Positions 27,070 to 37,163 of a DNA stretch of 63,153 nucleotides are shown here, piece after piece. A program made the translations under genes and the position numbers. The stretch lies in the IMG/VR virus record IMGVR_UViG_3300042881_003513, positions 1 through 63,153 of that record; one strand, given 5' to 3'. The DNA is from a virus (taxonomy: Duplodnaviria > Caudoviricetes). Numbering within the stretch: the stretch's first letter is position 1; each line of letters opens with the position of its first letter. Below the pieces are notes generated by a model. The model was given only the letters and a program-made list of their open reading frames with translations. It ran no database searches and was not told the origin of the DNA.

Positions 27070-28947
27070 ATGGGACTCACCTGCACGCTGACCGGAACCA
27101 TTTACCGCGACGACGGCGCGGTGGCAACAGGCGCGGTGGTGAGCTTCACGCTCTGCGCGCCTCGGAACACGCACTGGACATCGAACAACCGCGTCGTCCT
27201 GCGCGCGGTTCTTTCCGCGACCACCGACGGGAGCGGGAACTTCTCGCAGGTGGTCGCCCGGAACGATGAACTCACTCCGGCCGGAACGTATTGGAAGGTG
27301 GAATGCGCCGATGCCGCGCTGCTGAAGCACATCGCAGCGAACGCGGACACGCTGAATGTGATCGACGCGCCGGATCTGGATGCCTCCGCGCAGGTGTTCA
27401 GCGGATTGGACGACCCGGATGCGGATTGGGTGGCGCACGGGCACGCGCAGACGCTCACGGCGGCGAAAAAGCTGCAAGCCGCAACGAATCTCGGACTGAA
27501 CCTGTCCGCGTCGCAACTGCTCGGACAGGCTTCGAGCGGCGGCACCGGGCTTCCGGTTGCTGTCACGCTCGGCACCGGCCTGGCGATGAGCGGCACGACG
27601 CTGAATGCTACAAGCTCCGTGAGCGACGGCGACAAGGGCGATATAACAGTCAGCAACACCGGCGCGACGTGGACGATTGACAACGACACCATCACGCTCG
27701 CGAAACTGGCGCACATGTCAACGGCTCGCGTTGTGGGGCGCACAACAGCCGGGACGGGCACGCCGGAACTACTGACAATCAGCGGCACCGGCAGCGTGGC
27801 GATGACTACCTCGCCGAGCTTCACGACGCCCGCCCTCGGCACCCCGTCCGCAATCGTCCTAACGAACGCCACCGGCACGGCGAGCATTAACATCAACGGC
27901 ACGGTAGGCGCGACCACGCCGGATACTGTTGCGGGGACGACAATCACCGGCACCAGCAGCCTCACCCTCGGCACGAACGGCGGCACCGGCGGCAGCATCG
28001 TGCTGAACGGAGCGACCAGCGGAAGCTCGACGCTATCTGTGTCGGCGACTGGCGTGCTTGCGCTTCCATCATTCACTGCTGGCAGTATCACTGTTGGCAG
28101 CGGCATAGTGAGCGCAGCTATCCTAACTGCGCAGAATCCAAGCGTCGCCACGCTTGGAATAGATATAAATCCATACAACAGCGCGACTCAGGTGACGGCT
28201 GGTCATCCGTGGATGCGTCTCGGCGGGGGTTCATCCGAACGCCTGATGATCAACGCTGGCTTGACTGGCGGTTATGTGGATATTTGCACAGACCTTGGCT
28301 CCGGTTTGATCGTGCATGACGGCACCGGGGGGCATGAGACATTCCTCACAACGCCAGCCACGGGCACACTGCGAGTCACGACGGACGGCAGCACGCTCGG
28401 CACCGTTGAAGCGGCGACCGGCACATTCACCACGCTGACCGCAAGCGCGACCACCAGCCTCCTCCTCGGCACCGCAGGCAGCGCCGTGGGCACCATCGGC
28501 TTCCGCAACGCCACATCGGGCACCACGACGCTTGCGCCTGCGACGGGCGCGCTCGGCACGGGCACGGTTACGCTCCCACTGAGTGGCACGCTGGCGACGC
28601 TGGAGGGCACGGAGACGCTCACAAACAAGCGCATCACGCAGCGCAGCGGCACCGCTACATCCAGCGTGACGCCGACGATCAACACGGACAACGTGGACTT
28701 TTACAGCCTCACCGCGCAGGCGGCGGACATTACCAGTTTCACCACGAACCTTTCCGGCACCCCTACGGAGGGGCAGACGCTCTGGATAGCCATCACCGGC
28801 ACGGCGGCGCGGGCAATCACTTGGGGCGCGACGTTTGAAGCGGGGGCGGTTGCGCTACCGACCACGACCGTCTCGACTGACCGCCTTGACGTGGCATTCG
28901 TTTGGAACACCGTCACCTCGAAATGGCGCTGCATGGCCTCCGGCTAA
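27070..28947 (+). CDS. Tail/head fibre-like protein
   Basis: DGDKGDITVS, PALGTPS, GTETLTNKRIT and Thr/Gly-rich repeats typical of phage fibres. Confidence 0.7.
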   Translation: MGLTCTLTGTIYRDDGAVATGAVVSFTLCAPRNTHWTSNNRVVLRAVLSATTDGSGNFSQVVARNDELTPAGTYWKVECADAALLKHIAANADTLNVIDAPDLDASAQVFSGLDDPDADWVAHGHAQTLTAAKKLQAATNLGLNLSASQLLGQASSGGTGLPVAVTLGTGLAMSGTTLNATSSVSDGDKGDITVSNTGATWTIDNDTITLAKLAHMSTARVVGRTTAGTGTPELLTISGTGSVAMTTSPSFTTPALGTPSAIVLTNATGTASININGTVGATTPDTVAGTTITGTSSLTLGTNGGTGGSIVLNGATSGSSTLSVSATGVLALPSFTAGSITVGSGIVSAAILTAQNPSVATLGIDINPYNSATQVTAGHPWMRLGGGSSERLMINAGLTGGYVDICTDLGSGLIVHDGTGGHETFLTTPATGTLRVTTDGSTLGTVEAATGTFTTLTASATTSLLLGTAGSAVGTIGFRNATSGTTTLAPATGALGTGTVTLPLSGTLATLEGTETLTNKRITQRSGTATSSVTPTINTDNVDFYSLTAQAADITSFTTNLSGTPTEGQTLWIAITGTAARAITWGATFEAGAVALPTTTVSTDRLDVAFVWNTVTSKWRCMASG

Positions 28948-28955
28948 AACACACT

Positions 28956-29318
28956 ATGGACTACACCCTACTCAAATCCGAAGCCGCAAAAGATGCGGAC
29001 TTCACCCAACTCGTCCCGGCTCCGGCTGGACTCATCCCTCGGCGCAGCATCAAGATCGCGCTGCTCGGCCTCGGTAAGCTCGCCGCCGTTTCCGCAGCAA
29101 TCCCGGCTTACGTGTCCGACCCTGACTTCGATCAGATTGACGTGCTCGACCCGCTCACGCAGTCCGTATTCGGCCAGCTTGTGACAGGCGGGGTAATAAC
29201 CGCAGACGACCTCGCCGCAATCAACGCCCTCGGCACGAAGCAGATTCCCCGCTGGCATGCACTCGGCTTCGAGCGCGAGCCGGATTTCGCAGACATTGAC
29301 CGCGCAAACCAATCTTAA
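28956..29318 (+). CDS. Hypothetical fibre-associated protein
   Basis: A/C-rich leader; in operon. Confidence 0.55.
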   Translation: MDYTLLKSEAAKDADFTQLVPAPAGLIPRRSIKIALLGLGKLAAVSAAIPAYVSDPDFDQIDVLDPLTQSVFGQLVTGGVITADDLAAINALGTKQIPRWHALGFEREPDFADIDRANQS

Positions 29319-29321
29319 CCT

Positions 29322-29822
29322 ATGCCTACCACATTCAGCTACAACCTCGGCGCGGCGGTATCCACCGCGACAATCACCCTTAACTCGCTGGCGTCCTCCG
29401 CGACGGCGGGGAGGCAATCCACGGAAATTAGCCTGCTCGATGGCAACTACAACACGCCAGAGAGTGTGGACTTTTTGCTCACGGTGTCCCTCGCGACCGG
29501 CACCGTGGCGAACGACAAATCCGTCTATCTCTGGATCGCCGGAAGTCTAGACGGCACGAATTACGAGTTTGGCCCACCGACAGTCGGCGCGAGTGATGCG
29601 GCCTACACATTCAGCACGGCACCGGGCACCGTCGCGCCGCCGTGGATTGGCGCTGCGACGCCGCAATTCCAAGCGCAGAGCACTACGCAGACCTGCAAGC
29701 TCACCATCATCCGCCCGCCTCAGAAGATCGTCGCCGTGGTGCTGAATTACAGCGGCATCGCGCTTCATGCCAGCGCAGGCAACAGCCTGCAATATCGCAC
29801 CCGTTTCGGCGACCTCCGCTAA
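29322..29822 (+). CDS. Putative virion protein
   Basis: beta-rich, GSLDGTNY motif; TAATG overlap with next gene. Confidence 0.6.
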   Translation: MPTTFSYNLGAAVSTATITLNSLASSATAGRQSTEISLLDGNYNTPESVDFLLTVSLATGTVANDKSVYLWIAGSLDGTNYEFGPPTVGASDAAYTFSTAPGTVAPPWIGAATPQFQAQSTTQTCKLTIIRPPQKIVAVVLNYSGIALHASAGNSLQYRTRFGDLR

Positions 29823-30601
29823 TGGACGATTACGGATACAGCGCAGGCATCGCACGGAACGCCAGCGAATCGGAGTATCCCGATTTGTGGCGCAATCTCG
29901 TGGGCCTGTTTGTTCCAAGCGCGCAGCCGGGCTGGAGGCTTATGGATTTAAGCGGTGGCGAGACCAGTTACGCAATGAGCGGCACCAAGCGGACAAGCAC
30001 GAATCGTGGCAAAACTTTGAGTTTCACTTCGCCTGACTACGTGCATTTGCCATTGTCGCTGCGCAACAAAATCTCGGTGAACAATTTCACCGTGATGCTT
30101 TGGTTCCGCCCGACTGCAACAATGCCAGCCTTGTGCGGTCTGATTTCGTGCGACACCGGGTATTATGGCTACCCATTCTCGATCCGACTGCTGACAGGGT
30201 TGTCCTACCTGACCAACCTTTCTAACAACTTGGATTCCGGCTTCGTGCCGACCGTTGGACAATGGGCGCATGTGGCGGTGACTTTGAGCAATGCCGGAAA
30301 AAAAATCTACATCAACGGCACACTCAGGGCGACTAACGCGTATAATACGCCTCCATACACCGCGACCATTCCAGCAAATGACCCGCTGGCGCTGGGGTAT
30401 GATTACTCCAGCGCGTCTGGAAGAAGTTTCACCGGAGACATGGATGACATTCGCGTTTATCAGCGCACCCTCTCCGCCTCCGAAATCATGCGCTCCTACA
30501 TGGGCGCATCCCCGCTCGTCCCGCTGAACCGCCCGTATTTCAACTCCCCGTCCGCTCCACCCGCAGCGAATACCACCAACTTTTTCCGATTCTTCCGATG
30601 A
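29822..30601 (+). CDS. LamG/concanavalin A-like lectin domain protein
   Basis: FTVMLWF, GQWAHVAVT, IYING, FTGDMDDIRVYQRTLSASEI. Confidence 0.85.
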   Translation: MDDYGYSAGIARNASESEYPDLWRNLVGLFVPSAQPGWRLMDLSGGETSYAMSGTKRTSTNRGKTLSFTSPDYVHLPLSLRNKISVNNFTVMLWFRPTATMPALCGLISCDTGYYGYPFSIRLLTGLSYLTNLSNNLDSGFVPTVGQWAHVAVTLSNAGKKIYINGTLRATNAYNTPPYTATIPANDPLALGYDYSSASGRSFTGDMDDIRVYQRTLSASEIMRSYMGASPLVPLNRPYFNSPSAPPAANTTNFFRFFR

Positions 30602-30677
30602 CCATCCACGAACGAACCCAAGCCGCACGTTACATTTTTGGCATCATTGCGTGCGTCGCGCTTTTACTTGCACTGCA

Positions 30678-30971
30678 ATGAGCGACACCGAACAAGAGCA
30701 AAACAGAGCCGAGGCACGCCGCTGGAAATTCGACGGCACCGTGAACCTCGGGCACGTCCTCACTGCTGCCGTGATGCTCATTGGCGGACTTGGCGTGTGG
30801 ACACAGGGGCGAGAGGTGATGATTCGGCAAGACGCTCGTCTGGCATTGGTGGAAACCACGATGGCTGAGGTTAAATCCAACCTGTCCAAAATCTCCGAGT
30901 CGCAGCAACTCGCAATCCGCACGCAGGATAAGCTGGCGGCGACCTTAGATGCTATCAGCCGCAAGCCGTGA
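30678..30971 (+). CDS. Single-TM coiled-coil protein (holin/XhlA-like)
   Basis: One TM segment then coiled coil; start of the lysis cluster. Confidence 0.5.
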   Translation: MSDTEQEQNRAEARRWKFDGTVNLGHVLTAAVMLIGGLGVWTQGREVMIRQDARLALVETTMAEVKSNLSKISESQQLAIRTQDKLAATLDAISRKP

Positions 30972-31198
30972 ACCGAACCCTCTACATCATCCTCGCCGTT
31001 TTCGCGGCGCTCTGCATGTTCACCGGCTGTGCCACGCAACACCGCGGCAACGAGACGGCCCCACTCGTGCGGCATCTCACCACCGCCACGGCTGCCACTG
31101 CGCGGGCGCGCCGCGACGGCAAGGAAGTGAAGCGCATCCTCTCCCGCGTGGACTACAAGGCCGGAAGGATTCTCCGGCTGCTGGAGGACGAACCGTGA
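30968..31198 (+). CDS. Small lipoprotein (possible spanin component)
   Basis: Signal peptide with lipobox-like FTGC. Confidence 0.55.
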   Translation: MNRTLYIILAVFAALCMFTGCATQHRGNETAPLVRHLTTATAATARARRDGKEVKRILSRVDYKAGRILRLLEDEP

Positions 31199-31575
31199 GG
31201 CCGTGCCTGCCGTTGCTCATACTGTGGGTGTTGCTGGCGATGGCGAACTCGCAGACTGTCCCCACGGCACTCCCCGTTACTGACGGCAAGACGCGCACGG
31301 AGATCGTGAAGCTGGTGAAGCAGATGCAGGTGTTATTCCACGAAGCGCAGGCGCAGACGGACTCCGTTCTCGCACAACTCGCCATCCTCACGACCGCCCA
31401 CAATGCCGCGCTCGTGGAGACGCAGGCCGTGCAGGGCACGCTCGACACACGCACGCGGGAGCGGGACAAGGCGCGGCTGGATGCGGCGAATCAGGCGAAA
31501 GCGAAGTGGATGTGGTTCTCTGCATTCAGCCTGACGGCCATCGGGTTTGCAGCCTTTGCATATTTCAAACGATGA
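31195..31575 (+). CDS. Signal peptide + coiled coil + C-terminal TM protein (possible spanin component)
   Basis: Hydrophobic N- and C-termini, helical middle; GTGA overlap. Confidence 0.5.
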   Translation: MRPCLPLLILWVLLAMANSQTVPTALPVTDGKTRTEIVKLVKQMQVLFHEAQAQTDSVLAQLAILTTAHNAALVETQAVQGTLDTRTRERDKARLDAANQAKAKWMWFSAFSLTAIGFAAFAYFKR

Positions 31576-31988
31576 AAGCCTTCCTTACCCGACTACTTAA
31601 AACGCTGGCGATGAACTTCGCCTCGCGGAAATTCTTGATGACCCTGTTCGCCATCTGGACGGAATGGGGGCTGTATTGGGCGACCGTGAGAACCCTCTAC
31701 ACGTTCACCACGCCGGAGCAACTGACTGCATTCGTTTCGATCACTCAACACTTCCAGTGGGCGGTCACGACGATGTTGCTCGCCTATCTCGGAATCCAGA
31801 CGGCGGAGAATTTCTCCAACGCGGCGGCGGCGAAGTTCGAGAGTGTCGCGCAGAATGTCGCATCGAGCACCAAGAGCGAAGTGAAGACCGAGAACGTGCA
31901 ACGCATCGTCCATGAGTACGCCGAGCGATACAAGGACGACCCGAGCTACGCGCCGATCAAGAAAGACACCGAGGAGAAGTTCCGATGA
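31572..31988 (+). CDS. Putative holin
   Basis: SRKFLMTL followed by two TM segments; directly before the endolysin. Confidence 0.6.
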   Translation: MKAFLTRLLKTLAMNFASRKFLMTLFAIWTEWGLYWATVRTLYTFTTPEQLTAFVSITQHFQWAVTTMLLAYLGIQTAENFSNAAAAKFESVAQNVASSTKSEVKTENVQRIVHEYAERYKDDPSYAPIKKDTEEKFR

Positions 31989-32452
31989 ACTGGCCCACCG
32001 AAGCACAGTGCCCGAAGTTCTACGGGCCAAAGGGCGAGAACCAGACGCAGATCGTCCTGCCTTACCCGATGGTGTTGGACTGGGACAAGGCCACGCGCAT
32101 CACCGAGATGACGTGCCACGAGAAGGTCGCAGATGCGATGCTGCGAGTGTTCACGAAGCTGAAAGGCGAATACGGCGAGGAGAAGCTGCGCGAGCTTGGG
32201 ATCGATCAGTTTGGGGGCTGCCTGAACGTGCGGCTCAAGCGCGGGAGCAAAAGCGCGTGGTCAATCCATTCATGGGGGTGCGCCGTCGATCTTGATGCGG
32301 ACAGGAACATGCTCAAGGAGACGAAGCGCACTGCGCGGTTTGCCCGCCTCGAATACCTGCCGATGTGGAAAATCATCGAGGGCGAGGGCGCAGTCAGCTA
32401 TGGCCGCGCGAGGGACTTCGACTGGATGCACTGGCAGTTTGCCCGGCCATGA
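31985..32452 (+). CDS. Endolysin, M15 family peptidase
   Basis: R...SIHSWGCAVDLD...DWMHWQ (SxHxxGxAxD plus distal His). Confidence 0.85.
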   Translation: MNWPTEAQCPKFYGPKGENQTQIVLPYPMVLDWDKATRITEMTCHEKVADAMLRVFTKLKGEYGEEKLRELGIDQFGGCLNVRLKRGSKSAWSIHSWGCAVDLDADRNMLKETKRTARFARLEYLPMWKIIEGEGAVSYGRARDFDWMHWQFARP

Positions 32453-32535
32453 ACTTCGCCGCCACTGGCATCCTCGCGGTGTTCATCTTCGCTGGCATCG
32501 TCGTGCTCTGCGCCACGCTTGGCGGGAAAAAATAG
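32449..32535 (+). CDS. 28-aa transmembrane peptide
   Basis: MNFAATGILAVFIFAGIVVLCATLGGKK; ATGA overlap with the endolysin stop. Confidence 0.45.
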   Translation: MNFAATGILAVFIFAGIVVLCATLGGKK

Positions 32536-32546
32536 AAATCTGAACC

Positions 32547-32723
32547 ATGAACAAAACACTGCCGGCGGCATTCAACAGCGGGGGAGTCGAGGGAAATCAC
32601 TACTCCCTGAACAACAAGGAGACCCGGAGGAAGCTGCGCGAATGGGAGAAGCGCAGGCCGAACGGCAAGCCGCACACCGCCGGCGTCCCTCGCGGAAAAT
32701 TCGGATCGATCAACCCAGGGTAA
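32547..32723 (+). CDS. Small hypothetical protein (58 aa)
   Basis: ATG preceded by AAATCTGAACC leader motif. Confidence 0.45.
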   Translation: MNKTLPAAFNSGGVEGNHYSLNNKETRRKLREWEKRRPNGKPHTAGVPRGKFGSINPG

Positions 32724-32782
32724 CGACCGCGAAAGATTTTGCTTGCCATCCGCGAACGCGATGAAGCAGGCGGCGGATCGCA

Positions 32783-33877
32783 ATGGAAAACACAGCACCA
32801 GCGGAGGTCACAGATCCCGCAAGCGCAGCAGCGACAGCAACGCCCGCGGAAACGCAGGCGACTCCAACCGCGACCGGCGACCCCTTCGACGACGTTCTTG
32901 CACAGCAAGAGGCGGAGTTGGCGAGGATGCAGGCCGCGAACCAGCCAGAAACCGAAGCAGTTCCCGCAGCGATCACGACCGAACCGGAACCGCAGGCAGG
33001 CGAAACCACGCCGCCCGCGGACCCGAAATCGGATCGCATCCTGCCAAACCGCGTCTCCACCGCACAGTTCAGCGACACCGAGCAGCAAGCGATTGCGCTC
33101 GGCAAGGCGCTGAAGGATGCAGGGGAGACGGTGCCAAGCCTGAAGGAGCGCATCGAGATTGTCGAAGCGCGCCAGCAGAAGCAGGCGCCCGTAGCCACAC
33201 CAGACCCCGAACCCGAACCACAGCACGGCGACGCGCTGACGGAACTGGACGAGAAGCTGAATGCGGCGATGGACCGGCGAAAGGAACTCGCGAAGTCACT
33301 CGGCACCGAGGAACTGGAGGAGGCCAAGGACGAGATCGAGCAACTGAGGCAGCAGAAGGCGGCCGTTGAATCGCAGCAGGCGAAAGCCGCCGCGGAAAAA
33401 CAGGACGCATTCGCCACAGAACGCTCGAACTCAATCAAGGCCGCGAAGGGGCAATTCCCTTCATCCACTGATCCGAAGTCCGAACTGGCACAAGCCATCG
33501 CTGCACGCATCGAGTCGATCGCCAAAGATCCCGCTCGCAGTGTTCTCCTGAGTGATCCGAAGGCTCCCGAAGTCATCGCCGCCGAAGCCGCCATGCAACT
33601 GGCGAAACTGCGCGCCGCCGACAACGGAACCTCGGTCGCCAAGGAACTCGCCGCGCTCATGGAGTCGGACGCCCCCGCGCAAGCGGCAGCGACCGCAACC
33701 CAACCGACGCCGCAAGTCCGCAAGCCCACGACCGCAGGAGGGGCCGCGAGCATACCGCCCGCGACACCGCCCGCGCCAAAGGCTCTCTCGCTCGCAGAAG
33801 CCGCAAACATGAGTCTCGCAGACCTGGAGAAGCTATCACCCACTCCGGGGAACTCGGGATACGTGCTGCGCAGGTAG
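32783..33877 (+). CDS. Capsid scaffolding protein
   Basis: Acidic, Pro/Ala-rich, coiled coil; immediately upstream of the MCP. Confidence 0.7.
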   Translation: MENTAPAEVTDPASAAATATPAETQATPTATGDPFDDVLAQQEAELARMQAANQPETEAVPAAITTEPEPQAGETTPPADPKSDRILPNRVSTAQFSDTEQQAIALGKALKDAGETVPSLKERIEIVEARQQKQAPVATPDPEPEPQHGDALTELDEKLNAAMDRRKELAKSLGTEELEEAKDEIEQLRQQKAAVESQQAKAAAEKQDAFATERSNSIKAAKGQFPSSTDPKSELAQAIAARIESIAKDPARSVLLSDPKAPEVIAAEAAMQLAKLRAADNGTSVAKELAALMESDAPAQAAATATQPTPQVRKPTTAGGAASIPPATPPAPKALSLAEAANMSLADLEKLSPTPGNSGYVLRR

Positions 33878-33917
33878 TCCACCAACAACCCAACCCAAAT
33901 CTCACATCTCTAATCCA

Positions 33918-35504
33918 ATGAAAAATCGCAATATCTTCCGGCTGCTCTTCGTGGCCGCACTCGCATTCGTCTCCGGCCCGCTGGCTCTCGCCGCGCTGTT
34001 CGGATTCCTCACTGTCCCGGCGCTCGGCACGAGCTACCCGGTAGCCAACGCCACCACCAAGGGCGACCTCACCACGCAGAACGCCAATCTCGAACAGGAG
34101 ATTTGGGCGCTCAAGGTCGTGAAGGGCGCGGACGCCGCATACCAGGACAATCCGCTCGCGGATGGATTCATGGGTGAAGGCGACGCAGGCAAGGCCATCG
34201 TCAAAATCACCGACACCGAGAAGGTGTCCGGCTCCACCGTGCATGTCACGACCTACGGCGGCTTCGGCGGCCCCGGCGTGCAGGGCGCGGGCGTCCGCAC
34301 CGGTTCGGCCAACAAGATTCAGGCCGGCTCGTTCGACGTGAAGATCGGTCGCCAGTGGTTCGGCGTGGGCTACCAGAGCGTCGCCCGCGATGAAACGATG
34401 GTCGGCGGTCGTCTCGACGGCATGATCAAGCAGGGCCTGAGCCAGCAGCACGCCATCAAGAACAACGACGATATGCTTCGCCTCATGATCGCGAAGTCTG
34501 AGGCGTCCAGCCGGAACAAGATGTTCACGGTGGGCGGCCCTTCGACCATCGCGACGATCAAGACGGCGCACTACATGGACACCGCGACGATCGGCAACAC
34601 GCGGAACATCCTCACCAGCAACGGCGCGCTTCCGATGGCGACCGGCGCGATGGACTCCGGCGGCAGCCGCGTGAAGAACTACATGGTCTTCGGCACGCAC
34701 TACGCCCTGAGCCACCTCAAGAGCGAAAGCGACTACCTCGCCGGCATCCGCCTGGCGGGTGAGCGCGGGGACAAGAACCCGCAGTTCAAGGGCAACTTCG
34801 TGGATTGGGACGGCGTGGGAATCTACCGCTGGGACCAGCTCGATCACGGGAACTGGGGACCGATTGGATCCCTGCTCGCCCCGCGCCTCTACCTCGGAGC
34901 GGCACTCGCCCCGACGTTCAGCGGCACCACGGTCAATGGCGGCACCATCGCCGTGAAGGGCGGCGGCAGCGCGGCGGCGGCAGCAGTCACGCCCGCCCCT
35001 GAGTACACCCGCTACTTCAGCAACGCCCCGTGGACCTACCACTGGGGCGCCACCATCGCCGCGGACACCGCCACGCTGCGCTACATCCTCGTCATCAACC
35101 CCTCGACGGGCGTGTGGGGCGTGTTCGGCTTCAAGGTCAACACCGGCCTCGAAATCACCCTGTTCAGCAAGGTCGTGCTCGGCCTCACCGGGGAAACCAC
35201 TGATTGGGCATTCCCGATCGGCTCCCTCGTGGTCGAGTGCAACATCCTCGGCACCCCGTTCGGTCGCTCGCTCGGCCTCGGCGCGGAAGCCCTTATCTGC
35301 GGCGTCGGCACGATCAACGGCTCGAAAGTGAGCCCGCAGTTCGGCAAGCGCACCGAGGAGCACCTGAATCATGACATGGATCATGAAATCGGTGCGGAGA
35401 AGGTGTGGGGCGCGGCCCTTGTGGAGCGTTCTGACGGTGTGTGCCCCGGCTTCGTGGTCTCGTGCCACGCACTGCCTGTGCCCGGCGCTCCCGTCATCGC
35501 CTAG
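33918..35504 (+). CDS. Major capsid protein (N4-gp56/DUF4043-like) with hydrophobic N-terminal extension
   Basis: Follows scaffold; DTEKVSGSTVHV, NPQFKG, LGAEAL and EE..DH.IG patterns; strong codon bias; terminator downstream. Confidence 0.7.
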   Translation: MKNRNIFRLLFVAALAFVSGPLALAALFGFLTVPALGTSYPVANATTKGDLTTQNANLEQEIWALKVVKGADAAYQDNPLADGFMGEGDAGKAIVKITDTEKVSGSTVHVTTYGGFGGPGVQGAGVRTGSANKIQAGSFDVKIGRQWFGVGYQSVARDETMVGGRLDGMIKQGLSQQHAIKNNDDMLRLMIAKSEASSRNKMFTVGGPSTIATIKTAHYMDTATIGNTRNILTSNGALPMATGAMDSGGSRVKNYMVFGTHYALSHLKSESDYLAGIRLAGERGDKNPQFKGNFVDWDGVGIYRWDQLDHGNWGPIGSLLAPRLYLGAALAPTFSGTTVNGGTIAVKGGGSAAAAAVTPAPEYTRYFSNAPWTYHWGATIAADTATLRYILVINPSTGVWGVFGFKVNTGLEITLFSKVVLGLTGETTDWAFPIGSLVVECNILGTPFGRSLGLGAEALICGVGTINGSKVSPQFGKRTEEHLNHDMDHEIGAEKVWGAALVERSDGVCPGFVVSCHALPVPGAPVIA

Positions 35505-35523
35505 TTTGTGTGGTTCATAGCCG

Positions 35524-35570
35524 GCCCCGGCGGAGCGTCATGTCTCCGCCGGGGCGCAGTCTTTCAATTT
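35524..35570 (+). terminator. Putative terminator after the MCP
   Basis: 12-bp stem GCCCCGGCGGAG/CTCCGCCGGGGC followed by a T-rich tract. Confidence 0.6.
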
Positions 35571-35580
35571 TCAATCCTCT

Positions 35581-36135
35581 ATGTCTGCCAAAATCAAACT
35601 CGTCACCTACGGAACCGCACGCAACGTCATGCCCTCTTTGCAGGGAAGGAGCGGCAGGGTCTATGACCGCGCCCACTTCCACGAGAAGGACATGCGACAC
35701 CAGACGGCAGAGTTCGACCTGGACGAGTTCCAGAATACGATCCTGCCCGACATCGCGAAGCATCCGAACGTGATCAAGTGGTGGCCGGTGGTCGCGGTGG
35801 CCGAATCCGGCGACGACGTGAAGCGGCTGACGGAGGAACTTGCGGCGGCGAAAGCGGAGATCGCGCGCCTGAAATCGGAGATCGCGCGCCTGAAATCCGA
35901 GCAGACAAACACCCGGACGCCGGATGCCTTTACCGGACTCGTGAACGCGACCGGAGCCAACGAGCCCGCCGCGCAAGCCGCGCGTCCGCTGGCCGAACTC
36001 GGACACCGCGAGCTTCGCGCGATGATGAAGGAGCGCGGAATCCCGCTGATCGGAAACCCGAACAAGGACGACATGATCGCCCTTCTCAGCGCGCCGAAAC
36101 CCGATGCCGCGCCCGCTGACGACATCGAGACGTAG
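35581..36135 (+). CDS. Hypothetical protein with C-terminal Rho-N/HeH-like motif
   Basis: ELRAMMKERGI...NKDDMIALL; 21-bp tandem repeat (EIARLKS)x2. Confidence 0.6.
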   Translation: MSAKIKLVTYGTARNVMPSLQGRSGRVYDRAHFHEKDMRHQTAEFDLDEFQNTILPDIAKHPNVIKWWPVVAVAESGDDVKRLTEELAAAKAEIARLKSEIARLKSEQTNTRTPDAFTGLVNATGANEPAAQAARPLAELGHRELRAMMKERGIPLIGNPNKDDMIALLSAPKPDAAPADDIET

Positions 36136-36155
36136 CAACCCCCCGGATCACCCCG

Positions 36156-37163
36156 ATGACGATCCACACGCTCGCCAAGCAACTGATGCGGGATCTCGGC
36201 CTGCGCACGCTCACCCCGGCTGGCGCGACCGACAACAGCGACACCCGCGGGCCTTCGCCGGGCGACCTAGACTCCATCTGCGCGGCCATCAACGGCGCGT
36301 ATGTCGAGCTTTGGGACCGGAGCCCGAGCGCCATGTTCGAGCGGCGCACCGGTGCCGTTCTGCGGGCGCCCACGGCAGTCACCGTGAGCTGCACGCAATA
36401 CTCGAACACGATCAGCATCACATCCGGCTACGCCTCATGGATGCTCGGCTGCACCATCGTCTTCGCGAGCGGCGACACGCAGGACAACGAAATCCTCGAA
36501 TCCAGCACGCAGCTTCTCCGCCCGTTCCTCGGCGCGACCGGCAGCTACTCGGCCACGGTCTATTGCGACGCCATCCAGCTTCCGAGCACGGACATGGTGA
36601 TCCTCGACCCGGTGGAGATCCGCGGGCAGCGCGTGCTCTTGCCGGCATCGAGCTGGGAGGAGCTTCAGAGATATGCCGGCGTGATCCGAACCATGCACGG
36701 CTGGAACAGCGTCGGCTACGGCAGCGCGGCGATGAACAAACTGAGCGGACAGCCAGTTTCCTACTTTGTGGACACCCGGTATGAGCAGACCGGCACGGCG
36801 ACGCGCACGACCTACCTGCGAATCGGGCCGATGCCGTCGGCGGACTACCCGCTCGACTACCGGCTGCTGGCGACACCGCCCGTCGTCACGGCGGACGACA
36901 TTGACAACGGGGATCACACGACCGACCCGGGCACGGATACCGTAGTCTGGTTCCCTGAACTCACGATTTACGCGGTGGCGCGGCAGCATCTCAGCGGCGA
37001 CCCTCTTTTCACGAACATCGCCGGGCGCGCGGAGATTTTCCGGCAGTATGAACTCGCGATCAAGTCGCTCCAGAATGCCAAACCGCAGGGAGCAAGCCAA
37101 CAGGCGGCGAACTACACGCCGCCGTTCCGGGGGCGGCGTCGCGGCGCCGGATACCTCTATTGA
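36156..37163 (+). CDS. Putative head-tail adaptor
   Basis: Position after the MCP; N-terminal MT...L...RDLG...AINGA helix pattern. Confidence 0.5.
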   Translation: MTIHTLAKQLMRDLGLRTLTPAGATDNSDTRGPSPGDLDSICAAINGAYVELWDRSPSAMFERRTGAVLRAPTAVTVSCTQYSNTISITSGYASWMLGCTIVFASGDTQDNEILESSTQLLRPFLGATGSYSATVYCDAIQLPSTDMVILDPVEIRGQRVLLPASSWEELQRYAGVIRTMHGWNSVGYGSAAMNKLSGQPVSYFVDTRYEQTGTATRTTYLRIGPMPSADYPLDYRLLATPPVVTADDIDNGDHTTDPGTDTVVWFPELTIYAVARQHLSGDPLFTNIAGRAEIFRQYELAIKSLQNAKPQGASQQAANYTPPFRGRRRGAGYLY

